Source of the DNA: Candidatus Curtissbacteria bacterium
Lineage (GTDB): Bacteria > Patescibacteriota > Microgenomatia > Curtissbacterales > GWA2-41-24
NCBI GenBank assembly: GCA_030647775.1
Contig: JAUSJC010000010.1
Coordinates: forward strand, 433,334 to 497,333
Reading direction: 5' to 3'
DNA: 64,000 bases
Shown here one piece after another: positions 18,571 to 27,555 of the stretch (within the stretch, counting starts at the first letter, position 1; each line of letters opens with the position of its first letter). The notes below the pieces were generated by a model. The model made no database searches. It was not told the DNA's origin and saw nothing but the letters and a program-made list of their open reading frames with translations. The position numbers and the translations under genes were made by a program.

Positions 18571-20121
18571 ATGTTTCAAGACTTGGACTTTGATAATAAG
18601 CCCCATGATCACTGTGGCGTTGCCGGTTGTCTTGCGCCCAAAAATGTAAACGCTTCGAGCGTTGTTATAGAAATGGGCAAAGCCCTCCAGCATCGCGGTC
18701 AAAACGGGGGCGGTATTGCCACCAAAGCCCACGGTAAAAACCTTAAGGTCTACAAAAAGGCCCAAGCATTCAATGAAATTTTCCGCTCGACAGGAATTAT
18801 CGATGAAAATTCTCTGCGCGGTGAAGTTGCTATAGCCCATCTTCGCTATCCAACAGAGGGGAATTTGAGGCGGGATTGTGATACACAACCGTTTTTTGCC
18901 TCTTATAAAGGTTGGGAGCTGGCACTTGGCCATAACGGTAGTATTGTTGATCTGGCAAGACACAGGAAAAAGCTTGAAAAGTTCGGGATCGAACTGGAAT
19001 CTGATTCCGATTCCGAGATTCTGACTTGGCTCATTGTTACCGCCCAGGGCGCCAACTGGAGACAAAAAATCTCAAATGCCTTTTTGGACGTTAAAGGCGC
19101 TTATTCGCTTGTTATGCTAACTGGCGATGACAAGCTTATGGCTCTTCGTGATCCCTGGGGTGTTAGGCCGCTTGTTTGGAGCCAGGATAATGGTCACGTT
19201 TTCGCCGCCTCGGAAACTTGTGCCCTTGATAGAATCGATGTCCGTCATAGCCAAAGAATAGAACGGGGGCAGCTTTTAGTGGCAGATCAGGATGGCGTTT
19301 CAATTTCAAGCTTTATAAAACCTGCCAAAAGGAGTTTTTGCGTTTTTGAAAAACTCTACTTTTCGCACGAGACCTCACTTTGGGATGGTGTCATTGGGGA
19401 AAATAGGGAAAGCTTGGGTCGCCAACTGGCGAAAGAAGAGATTGAAAGAATTAAAAGCGGCGAGTTAAAAGCAGAAATCATCCAAAAAATAGATTATGTA
19501 GTTGCCGTTCCCGATACCGCGTCCCCCGGAGCGCATGCTTTTTGTGAAACTTTGATAAATGAATCCGCAGTAGGCGGCTTAAAACTTAAATACAAAAGGG
19601 GGCTTGTTAAAGAAAGGTACGATTATGCCAAAAGGACATTTATTGAAGACGATCCTTATCTTCGTCAAAAAAACATCGAAAAAAAGTTTTTCATCTCTCC
19701 TAGCATTATCGGTAAATCAATCTATCTGGTTGATGACACGGCTGTTCGCTTGAATACCTTCAAAATCCTTGTTGCTTATCTTCTGCGGGTAGGCGTTCGG
19801 GAGATCCATTGCCGCTTTTTAGCTCCCCGTTTCCTAAATCCCTGCTTTTTAGGTGTTAGTATCGGTTCTCGGGATGAGCTTGGGGCCGTCAGAACCACCA
19901 AGTCGGGTAAATACGAAGCGCTGGAAGAAGACGAAATAAAAAACAAGCTTAAGGTCAGCTCATTGCACTATTTGAGTATCTATGGCATGGCCGCATCCCT
20001 TGGTATGAATTTGGATGAACTAAAAACAACTCATTGCACCGGCTGTCTCGACTACAACAACCCCTTCGATATGCGCCCCTTCGACCCCGAGTTTCGAAAA
20101 ACCACATACCTCACCAAATAG
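18571..20121 (+). CDS. purF: amidophosphoribosyltransferase (PurF-like; N-terminal Ntn glutaminase domain plus PRTase domain)
   Basis: propeptide then CGVAG nucleophile region; PRTase motif IYLVDDTAVRLNTF; C-terminal Cys cluster CTGCLD (Fe-S-type PurF). Confidence 0.75.
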   Translation: MFQDLDFDNKPHDHCGVAGCLAPKNVNASSVVIEMGKALQHRGQNGGGIATKAHGKNLKVYKKAQAFNEIFRSTGIIDENSLRGEVAIAHLRYPTEGNLRRDCDTQPFFASYKGWELALGHNGSIVDLARHRKKLEKFGIELESDSDSEILTWLIVTAQGANWRQKISNAFLDVKGAYSLVMLTGDDKLMALRDPWGVRPLVWSQDNGHVFAASETCALDRIDVRHSQRIERGQLLVADQDGVSISSFIKPAKRSFCVFEKLYFSHETSLWDGVIGENRESLGRQLAKEEIERIKSGELKAEIIQKIDYVVAVPDTASPGAHAFCETLINESAVGGLKLKYKRGLVKERYDYAKRTFIEDDPYLRQKNIEKKFFISPSIIGKSIYLVDDTAVRLNTFKILVAYLLRVGVREIHCRFLAPRFLNPCFLGVSIGSRDELGAVRTTKSGKYEALEEDEIKNKLKVSSLHYLSIYGMAASLGMNLDELKTTHCTGCLDYNNPFDMRPFDPEFRKTTYLTK

Positions 20122-20125
20122 ATCC

Positions 20126-20203
20126 CACGGCCTAGGGCCGTGGTTCTCTGGTCTTCGCTCAAAATCCGCCACGTCAGACGTGGCTTGTCGAGTCTGACTC
20201 GAC
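20126..20203 (+). terminator. three consecutive perfect hairpins downstream of purF (CCACGGCC-TAGG-GCCGTGG; GCCACG-TCAGA-CGTGGC; GTCGAGTC-TGA-CTCGAC)
   Basis: inverted repeats read directly; no strong U-tract, so terminator function is uncertain. Confidence 0.3.
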
Positions 20204-20309
20204 GCTTCACCTCTGTTCTTAAGGCGGAGTTTTTCGTTCAGAATAAACTTTTTCAAGTAAAGAGAGATTAAATTGATCTTCTTTTAGGGGGTTGACAACG
20301 TATACGGTT

Positions 20310-20346
20310 ATGGTGAAAAATGGTAATAGATGGTGATAAATGGTGA
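20310..20346 (+). promoter_or_regulatory. four direct repeats of ATGGTRA at exact 10-bp phasing, immediately downstream of a TTGACA (20292-20297), upstream of mraZ; candidate MraZ operator/promoter
   Basis: repeats start at 20310, 20320, 20330 and 20340; MraZ proteins are known to bind short direct repeats in their own promoter. Confidence 0.5.
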
Positions 20347-20468
20347 TCTGCCAGCTGGCGGAACCACCTACTCCTGATAGCATATCGCTGCCCGGGAGAA
20401 AAGTCCGCTAAATGCGGCGAGGATGTAAGGGACCCTCCTTCACATAAAGTTTCGGAGGGTTAAAAAAA

Positions 20469-20870
20469 ATGTTTCTGGGCAGCTACAAACCTTCATTTGA
20501 TCTAAAATCACGAAGAATTGCTTTACCGAAAAAAATACGTGGCTATCTTGCGACAAGTGAAATCATATTGTCTTACGGTTTCGAGAAGTGCATTTTTGGC
20601 TTTGACACCAAGACTTGGGAAAAACAATCTGCTAAACAGCTGGAGGAATCTATTAACACGAGAAGCGCACGTGATATCAGGCGCTTCTTTTTCGCCTCTG
20701 CAGCTAGCAGTCCACTCGACGATCAGGGTAGGTTTATTATCCCTGGCAATTTACTGGAATACGCAAAAATTACGTCTCCAGTAATAATCGGTGCGGGTGA
20801 TCATTTCGAGATTTGGGAAGACTCTGTTTGGGAGAAGTTAAGAAGAGGTCTGGAGGAGAAGATGAAATGA
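20469..20870 (+). CDS. mraZ: transcriptional regulator MraZ
   Basis: MFLGSYKPSFDLKSRRIALPKKIR and a second DxxGR-type half-domain; first gene of the dcw cluster. Confidence 0.9.
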   Translation: MFLGSYKPSFDLKSRRIALPKKIRGYLATSEIILSYGFEKCIFGFDTKTWEKQSAKQLEESINTRSARDIRRFFFASAASSPLDDQGRFIIPGNLLEYAKITSPVIIGAGDHFEIWEDSVWEKLRRGLEEKMK

Positions 20871-21733
20871 TCTATCACGCGCCAGTACTTTTACATGCCT
20901 GTTTAGATTTCATAGACCCAAAACCGGGCGATTTGATAATAGACGCGACGATTGGGGGTGGGGGACACACAGAGGAGATTTTAAAAAAGGGTGCAAAAGT
21001 TTTAGGCATAGACAGAGATCCGGACGCGATCGAGCACATTAAGCGTGAATTGGAAATTGCAGAAAATTTACGCTTGGCAAAAGGCAACTTTAGCGACCTC
21101 GGTCAAATAGCACGGGAGAATGGATTTGACAAAGTCGATGGAATAATTTTCGACTTGGGCGTTTCATCTCATCAACTGGATGAACCGTCAAGGGGTTTTA
21201 GTTTCAGGCGCGATGGGCCCTTAGATATGCGCATGGACCCATCCTTAACTTTAAGGGCAAAAGATATAATCAATAATTTTCCAGAAAGGAAGCTCGATGA
21301 AATCTTTAAAACGTATGGTCAAGAAAAGTTTAGTCGGGCAATTGCTCATGCTGCTTGTATCTCCCGTCAAATAAAACCGGTAGAGACAACGGGGGAGTTG
21401 GCAGAAATTATTAGGGAGGTGTATGTCAAAAGACACGTTAGGGAAAAAATCGATCCGGCGACAAGAACTTTTCAGGCTTTAAGGATAGTTGTAAATAGTG
21501 AACTTTTAAATCTAGAAGAAAGTTTACCGCAGACTGAGGAACTTTTAAAAATAGGCGGCCGATTGGTAATAATAAGTTTTCATTCGCTTGAAGATGGCAT
21601 AGTCAAACGTTTCTTCAAACAAAGTAGAAGCTTTATGGTTTTAACCAAAAAACCAATCGGCCCGCAAGATGAAGAAATGCGCGCAAACCCGCGCAGCAGG
21701 AGCGCCAAACTGCGCGCCGCCGAAAAAGTGTAA
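20867..21733 (+). CDS. rsmH: 16S rRNA (cytosine1402-N4)-methyltransferase RsmH (MraW)
   Basis: HAPVLL, DATIGGGGHT, GIIFDLGVSSHQLD motifs. Confidence 0.9.
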   Translation: MIYHAPVLLHACLDFIDPKPGDLIIDATIGGGGHTEEILKKGAKVLGIDRDPDAIEHIKRELEIAENLRLAKGNFSDLGQIARENGFDKVDGIIFDLGVSSHQLDEPSRGFSFRRDGPLDMRMDPSLTLRAKDIINNFPERKLDEIFKTYGQEKFSRAIAHAACISRQIKPVETTGELAEIIREVYVKRHVREKIDPATRTFQALRIVVNSELLNLEESLPQTEELLKIGGRLVIISFHSLEDGIVKRFFKQSRSFMVLTKKPIGPQDEEMRANPRSRSAKLRAAEKV

Positions 21734-21790
21734 GGGGGCTATTAAAAAAAATTGGGCAGCAAGTAAATTTCCGCATATAAGGAGAAAACT

Positions 21791-22153
21791 TTGTTGTCAC
21801 AAGTAGACTTTAGAGTCAAACAAGAATATTACAAGCCTGTTTTTACAATCAGTGGCGCCGCGTCCCAGCGAAGCCGGTTATTTGATTGGGGATCAATCGG
21901 AAAAATAAAATTAAGAGTGCTCATAACTTTTAGTATTCTTTTAACTTGTTTATTTTTAACTCAATTGGTTTTTGCCGCCAACCTTTCAACGGATGGCCAA
22001 AAGTTAGCAATTGCCCAGGAGGCTATCGCCAAATATGAATCGGAAAACGCCGACATAAGAGCCCAAATTGCCCGGCAGTCTTCTCTTACAAATCTTTCCC
22101 AAAAAGCCGAAGCTCTCGGCTTTAGCGCCAATCCAAAGATAATTAACCCCTGA
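21791..22153 (+). CDS. ftsL: FtsL-like cell division protein (TTG start)
   Basis: single TM helix then a coiled-coil; position between rsmH and ftsI; AAGGAG RBS 7 nt upstream of the TTG. Confidence 0.6.
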   Translation: MLSQVDFRVKQEYYKPVFTISGAASQRSRLFDWGSIGKIKLRVLITFSILLTCLFLTQLVFAANLSTDGQKLAIAQEAIAKYESENADIRAQIARQSSLTNLSQKAEALGFSANPKIINP

Positions 22154-22170
22154 ACTGCTAAACTAAAATA

Positions 22171-23994
22171 GTGATAGACAGGCTTAATATTTTTAAGTTC
22201 CTAATTTTCGTTTTTGCCCTGGCTATTGTCGCCAGGCTTTTTTATTGGCAATTCCTTTCCACTTATAGCGGACGGAATGTCTATAGCCAGGAGAATGAAA
22301 TTCCGCCTACCCGCGGTGAAATCTTTGCCTCCGACAATTTCCCTCTTGTTACAAACCAGGAGGCGTTTTTAATCTATGCCAAGCCAAAGGAATTAAAAGA
22401 GGATCCGGCCGCACTTGCCAAAAAGATTGCCCCTTTTTTAATTTCTGAAAAATACGCCCGCCCGCCATCGACTGAAGCCCCGCCTGACTTCGAGTTGACG
22501 AAGTCAAGTCGGGCAGGCGTAGGCTCTGTCGGGCAGGCTACGAATTCTGCCGCTCTTTCCCCCGAAGAGCAAAAACAAAAAGACGGCGAAATTAAAAATA
22601 TAGAGGCAGATCTGACCAAAAAGCTTTCGGATAAAAATCTTTTTTGGGTACAAATTGCCAGAAAAATTACGAAGGATATTAAACAAAAAATAGAAGATCT
22701 TAAAATCGCAGGGTTTGGTTTTGAATCTGACGATAAACGCCTCTACCCCGAAGCCTCTATGGCCGCCCAGCTTTTAGGTTTTGTCGGTTCGGATAAATTT
22801 GGTAAGGATATAGGTTACTTCGGTTTGGAAGGTTATTATGACAAGCAAATACGCGGCAAACCCGGAAGGATTGGTAGTGAAAAAGACCCATTCGGCTTCC
22901 CGATTCTTGTTGGTAAATACCGCGAGGTTAAACCCCAAAAAGGCGCCTCGCTTTACACGACTCTTGATAGAGTAGTCCAGTTTATTGTTGAGCAGAAGTT
23001 AGCCCAAGCCGTCGAAAGGTACGGCGCCAAAGACGGTAGTGTCATAGTTGTTGATCCAAAAACCGGCCATATTTTGGCAATGGCGACTTACCCGAATTAT
23101 AATCCGGCATTTTTTTCTGAATTTGACCCCAAACTTTATAGGAATCCTGTTGTAGCCGATACTTATGAACCGGGTTCGACGTTTAAACTGGTCACCATGT
23201 CGGCCGCCCTTGAACTTTCTGTTGTCGGGCCCGAGACGCGCTGTAATGTTTGTTCCGGCCCGCGGCAGATTGGCGGTTTTGAAATTTCAACCTGGAATAA
23301 GAAATATTATCCCGATACGACAATGACCGAAGTTATTCAGCATTCCGATAATATTGGTATGACCTTTGTTGCGGATAAATTGGGGCTAGATCGTCTTTAT
23401 AGTTACATTAATAAGTTCGGGTTTGGCCGAAAAACAGGAATTGATCTTCAGGAAGAAACCCCGGCCCCAATAAGGGCGAAGGATGATTGGCGCAAAATCG
23501 ATCTTGCCACTGCCTCGTTCGGTCAAGGTATCGCCGTTACTCCAATTCAAATGCTTGAAGCCGTCGGTGCTATTGCCAATGGGGGCAAATTAATTTCCCC
23601 AAAGGTCGTCGCTAAAATTGTTGATAGAGGACAGGAAGAATTGATCAGGCCGGATCTTGAAAAGCAGATAATATCGCCAAAAACGGCAGCGCAAATAACC
23701 GAAATGATGGTTAATGCCGTCGACCACGGAGAAGCGCAGGCATTTAAACCGCAGGGCTTCAGAATTGCAGGCAAAACCGGTACGGCGCAAATTCCCCTTG
23801 CCGGTCATTACGATCCTAATAAAACAATTGCTTCGTTTGTTGGTTTTGCACCCGCCGACGATCCTAAATTTGTCATGATTGTTCGCTTCACGGAACCAAC
23901 TTCGTCGCCCTTTGGCTCTGAAACTGCCGCTCCCACTTTCTTCGCGATCGCCAAAGACCTTTTCAATTATTATGGTATCCCTCAAAATCGCTAG
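22171..23994 (+). CDS. ftsI: penicillin-binding protein, peptidoglycan D,D-transpeptidase FtsI/PBP2-like
   Basis: STFK (SxxK), SDN and KTGT active-site motifs; N-terminal TM anchor. Confidence 0.9.
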   Translation: MIDRLNIFKFLIFVFALAIVARLFYWQFLSTYSGRNVYSQENEIPPTRGEIFASDNFPLVTNQEAFLIYAKPKELKEDPAALAKKIAPFLISEKYARPPSTEAPPDFELTKSSRAGVGSVGQATNSAALSPEEQKQKDGEIKNIEADLTKKLSDKNLFWVQIARKITKDIKQKIEDLKIAGFGFESDDKRLYPEASMAAQLLGFVGSDKFGKDIGYFGLEGYYDKQIRGKPGRIGSEKDPFGFPILVGKYREVKPQKGASLYTTLDRVVQFIVEQKLAQAVERYGAKDGSVIVVDPKTGHILAMATYPNYNPAFFSEFDPKLYRNPVVADTYEPGSTFKLVTMSAALELSVVGPETRCNVCSGPRQIGGFEISTWNKKYYPDTTMTEVIQHSDNIGMTFVADKLGLDRLYSYINKFGFGRKTGIDLQEETPAPIRAKDDWRKIDLATASFGQGIAVTPIQMLEAVGAIANGGKLISPKVVAKIVDRGQEELIRPDLEKQIISPKTAAQITEMMVNAVDHGEAQAFKPQGFRIAGKTGTAQIPLAGHYDPNKTIASFVGFAPADDPKFVMIVRFTEPTSSPFGSETAAPTFFAIAKDLFNYYGIPQNR

Positions 23995-24030
23995 TGGTGA
24001 CATGTGCAGCCGTAAAGTGTACAATTATTC

Positions 24031-24288
24031 TTGATGGATAACTTTTTTGGGGGTATGAATCTACAGGGGAATTACGCACTCAATATACTTTTTGCTTTAA
24101 GCTTTGTTTGGTCAACTGCTTGGAAAGGGCTTGGGCTCTGGAATGCCGCTAAGAATAAACAGCAGTACTGGTTTGTGGCGATGCTGATTATAAATACGCT
24201 GGGTATTCTCGAAATCGTTTATCTTTTCCGCTTTGCCACAAAAAGGCTAACTATAAAAGAGCTTTTAAGCCTCGTCAAAAGGGGATAA
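24031..24288 (+). CDS. small hypothetical membrane protein (two TM helices)
   Basis: 85-aa ORF with two hydrophobic segments inside the dcw cluster. Confidence 0.4.
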   Translation: MMDNFFGGMNLQGNYALNILFALSFVWSTAWKGLGLWNAAKNKQQYWFVAMLIINTLGILEIVYLFRFATKRLTIKELLSLVKRG

Positions 24289-24376
24289 TCCCCAAAAATA
24301 GCCCGTCCTCTTCAGATTGTAATATCCCATAATAAATGGTACAATTTAGCTTCGGGACGGGATATAATATAAATAC

Positions 24377-25570
24377 ATGTGGCAAAGAATTAAAAACTAT
24401 TACCACCTAGCCCAAGCTTTTTTAGCAGCAGTCATTTTTAATTTTCCCTCAAATAAAATTAAGGTAATCGGCGTTACGGGAACAGACGGCAAGACAACGA
24501 CCGTCCATATGATTTATGAAATTATAAAAGCATCGGGGCAAAAAGTATCCATGATTTCCTCGGTGGGAGCCGCCATTGGATCTAAAGCTTTCGATACAGG
24601 TTTCCATGTTACAACTCCATCAAGCTGGCAGGTTCAAAAATATCTAAGAAAAGCGGCCGACAGCGGACATAAGTATTTCGTCCTGGAAACCACTTCCCAC
24701 GGCCTTGATCAAAACCGCCTGGCCTATGTGCACTTCGAAATTGGAGTCCTGACCAATATCACTCACGACCACCTTGATTACCACGGTACTTGGGAGAACT
24801 ATGCCGCCTCCAAAGCAAAACTTTTCAAAAACGTTGCTTATTCAATTTTGAATTACGATGACCATAAATCATTCTCTTTTCTCCAAAATAAAGCAGCAGG
24901 TCAAGTTATTCCCTATGGAATCAAAAGTGGTGCCGATATCAATACAAAAAATTTTCCGCTTAAGCTCAAAATTAAAGGGGACTACAATTTAGAAAATGCC
25001 TTAGCATCGGCCGCCGCAACCAAAGCGCTAGGTGTTTCAAAGCAAAAAATCGTGAGAGCCCTCGCCAAGTTTTCAAAGGTTCCGGGTAGGATGGAAGAAA
25101 TAAACCTTGGTCAGGGCTTTAACGTTATTGTTGATTTTGCCCATACCCCAAATGCCCTGTCCCAAGCCCTCAGAACCCTAAAACCCAAAAGGCCGGGCCG
25201 TCTCATGGCCGTTTTTGGAGCAGCGGGAGAGAGGGATAAACTCAAAAGGCCGATTATGGGCAGAGTTGCCGATGAGAATGCCGATATCATTATCCTGACT
25301 GCCGAAGATCCAAGAAACGAAAAGGTTTTAGATATCGCCAGCCAGATTAAAAAGGGTATTAAAAATAAAACCGAAGGCAAAAGTCTTTTTGTAATTGAGG
25401 ACAGGGAAAAAGCTATCGGGTATGCCATAAATCTGGCTGCCAAAAATGATATTGTCGGAATTTTTGGCAAGGGTCACGAGAAGAGTATGTGTTTCGGCAA
25501 GAAGGAATCGCCTTGGGACGAATTCCATGTTACTGCAACCGCTATTAGAAGGAGGGTAAATGGCAAGTAA
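24377..25570 (+). CDS. murE: Mur ligase, MurE-like (UDP-MurNAc-L-Ala-D-Glu:diamino acid ligase), lacks the N-terminal domain
   Basis: VIGVTGTDGKTTT P-loop; DYHGTWENYAASKAKLF; the position after ftsI is the conserved murE slot. Confidence 0.75.
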   Translation: MWQRIKNYYHLAQAFLAAVIFNFPSNKIKVIGVTGTDGKTTTVHMIYEIIKASGQKVSMISSVGAAIGSKAFDTGFHVTTPSSWQVQKYLRKAADSGHKYFVLETTSHGLDQNRLAYVHFEIGVLTNITHDHLDYHGTWENYAASKAKLFKNVAYSILNYDDHKSFSFLQNKAAGQVIPYGIKSGADINTKNFPLKLKIKGDYNLENALASAAATKALGVSKQKIVRALAKFSKVPGRMEEINLGQGFNVIVDFAHTPNALSQALRTLKPKRPGRLMAVFGAAGERDKLKRPIMGRVADENADIIILTAEDPRNEKVLDIASQIKKGIKNKTEGKSLFVIEDREKAIGYAINLAAKNDIVGIFGKGHEKSMCFGKKESPWDEFHVTATAIRRRVNGK

Positions 25571-27554
25571 AAATAATTTCGCGGCAGTGGTGCTTGCGGC
25601 GGGTGTCGGCAAAAGGATGAAGTCCAAGACCTCAAAAGTTTTGCACGAAGTCGCCGGCAAACCAATAATTACACGCACCGTGGGGATCGTTGCATCCCTA
25701 AACCCCAGCCAAATAGTTATCGTTGCCAGTTCGCAAAATGCTAAAGACGTAAAAAGAATATTAAACGAAAAACCGGCCATCGCAATTCAAAAAGAGGCCC
25801 TAGGTACTGCTGATGCGACGAAGGCGGGATTGACAAAAATTAAAGAAGGCATAAAAGATATTGCGGTTCTCTATGGTGATGACACCGCCTTTTACAAGCC
25901 GCAGACTATCCTAAACGTCTTTGCGCTTCACCGAAAAACTTCTGCAAAAATTACTTTCGTCACTTTAGAAAAAGAAAATCCGTCTGGTCTTGGCAGAATC
26001 GTCAGAGAGAATGGTAAGCTTATCGGCATTGTCGAGGAAAAGGACGCGACAAAAAAAGAAAGGCAAATCAAAGAAATAAATGACGGTTTATATTTTTTCA
26101 GCAAAGACTGGCTTTTACAAAATCTTTCCAAACTTTTACCCTCTCCAGTAACAGGAGAATATTACTTGACCGATCTTATCAAAATTGCCCTTTCCCAAAA
26201 TCAAAAGGTCGAAACCTATAAATTAAAAGATCCCGGCCAGTGGCACGGAATAAATACCCCCGAAGAGTTGGAAGAAGCCAACAGCAAACTCAAAAACAAA
26301 ATCCATATTATGGGAATCGTCGGTGCCGGTGCAGCGGCCGTTGCCGGAATTGCCAAAGCATACGGTTTTAAAGTTTCTGGATGCGATATTTCGCCGCAGT
26401 CGGCTTACTCAAAAGGGTTAGGTATTAAGGTCCAAAAAGGCCATGACTCCGGCCATTTGAAAGCAGCCGACATGCTTATAATCTCTCCGGCCGTCTTAAA
26501 ACTAGATCCCAAAAACCGGGAGGTGGCAAAAGCAAAAAGTTTAAAAATCCCCGTTTCAACATGGCAGGAATTTCAGGGGGAATATTTACAAGAAGGTAAA
26601 TTTGTTATTGCCGTGGCGGGAGCTTATGGGAAATCAACGACAACCGCCATGGTTTCTCAAATATTAATCGATGCTGGTCTCGACCCGACATGTGAAGTTG
26701 GTGCAAAAGTCCTTTCATGGGATAAAAACTTTAGAGTCGGCAAGTCAAAATACTTCGTCTGCGAGGCGGACGAATACAATAATAACTTTTTAAATTACTC
26801 GCCGGATATTGCCGTCATCTTAAATATCGTCTGGGAGCATCCGGACTTTTTCAAGTCCGAAAAGGATATCACCGCATCGTATCAAAAATTTATTGATAAT
26901 ATCAAACCCGGCGGCACCCTAATCACAGGGTCCGACCCTCTGATACTTAAGCACAGAAAAAACGTCAAAACAGAGAAAATAGGGTCCGACCCTAACATTA
27001 CTAACATTAAACTTTCAATAATCGGTAATTTCCGAAAAGAAAACGCCGCCGCCGCGCTTTCCGTCGCCAAAGCGCTAAACCTTGATCTCCAAAAAGCCAA
27101 AAAATCGATAGAAAATTTCAAAGGCTTGGGGCGCCGTTTGGAGTTAAAAGGGGAGATAGACGGCGTCAAATTTTACGATGATTATGCCGTTCAGCCTTAT
27201 ACGGTCAAAACTACCGCGGACGCGTTAAAAGAAGAATTTAAAGATAAAAAAGTTTTGCTCGTTTTTGAACCACATACTTTTTCTCGCATCGAAACTTTTT
27301 TTGGCGATTTTGTCTCTGCGCTTAAAAAATCAAATGTCGATAAAATCTATATAACAGAAGTTTTTACGGCTAGGGAAAAAGGCAACAAAAAAACACTCGC
27401 TAAAAAACTGGCTAAAAAGGTAGGGAAAAAGGCAAAATTTACCGGATCGCTTGCCCAAACAGCGCAAGAAGTTAAAGATAATCTCGGGAAGTTTGAGATT
27501 GTCCTCTCGATGGGCGCCGGCGATATTTATAAGTTATACGATTTTTTTAAATAA
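25560..27554 (+). CDS. murC: fusion protein: N-terminal GlmU-like sugar-1-phosphate nucleotidyltransferase domain (no LbH acetyltransferase domain) plus C-terminal UDP-N-acetylmuramate--L-alanine ligase MurC
   Basis: N-terminus VVLAAGVGKRMKSKTSKVLHEVAGKPII ... LGTADA ... YGDD (GlmU pyrophosphorylase motifs); C-terminus IMGIVGAGAAAVAGIAKAYGFKVSGCDIS and VIAVAGAYGKSTTT (MurC). Confidence 0.75.
   Translation: MASKNNFAAVVLAAGVGKRMKSKTSKVLHEVAGKPIITRTVGIVASLNPSQIVIVASSQNAKDVKRILNEKPAIAIQKEALGTADATKAGLTKIKEGIKDIAVLYGDDTAFYKPQTILNVFALHRKTSAKITFVTLEKENPSGLGRIVRENGKLIGIVEEKDATKKERQIKEINDGLYFFSKDWLLQNLSKLLPSPVTGEYYLTDLIKIALSQNQKVETYKLKDPGQWHGINTPEELEEANSKLKNKIHIMGIVGAGAAAVAGIAKAYGFKVSGCDISPQSAYSKGLGIKVQKGHDSGHLKAADMLIISPAVLKLDPKNREVAKAKSLKIPVSTWQEFQGEYLQEGKFVIAVAGAYGKSTTTAMVSQILIDAGLDPTCEVGAKVLSWDKNFRVGKSKYFVCEADEYNNNFLNYSPDIAVILNIVWEHPDFFKSEKDITASYQKFIDNIKPGGTLITGSDPLILKHRKNVKTEKIGSDPNITNIKLSIIGNFRKENAAAALSVAKALNLDLQKAKKSIENFKGLGRRLELKGEIDGVKFYDDYAVQPYTVKTTADALKEEFKDKKVLLVFEPHTFSRIETFFGDFVSALKKSNVDKIYITEVFTAREKGNKKTLAKKLAKKVGKKAKFTGSLAQTAQEVKDNLGKFEIVLSMGAGDIYKLYDFFK
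26926..26994. repeat. two copies of the REP-like 15-mer 54 bp apart, in frame inside the MurC fusion gene (each encodes GSDP)
   Basis: cores at 26928-26938 and 26982-26992. Confidence 0.75.
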
Positions 27555-27555
27555 A

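Noticed and set aside
20122-20468. RNase P RNA or other large ncRNA in the 345-nt purF-mraZ spacer (GAAAAGUCCG resembles the RNase P CR-I)
   Set aside because: The motif lies near the 3' end rather than the 5' end. Other conserved RNase P regions (GGUAA, ACAGAA..CCCGGCUUA) are absent. The region is better explained as hairpins plus a promoter/operator and SD-sequestering stem.
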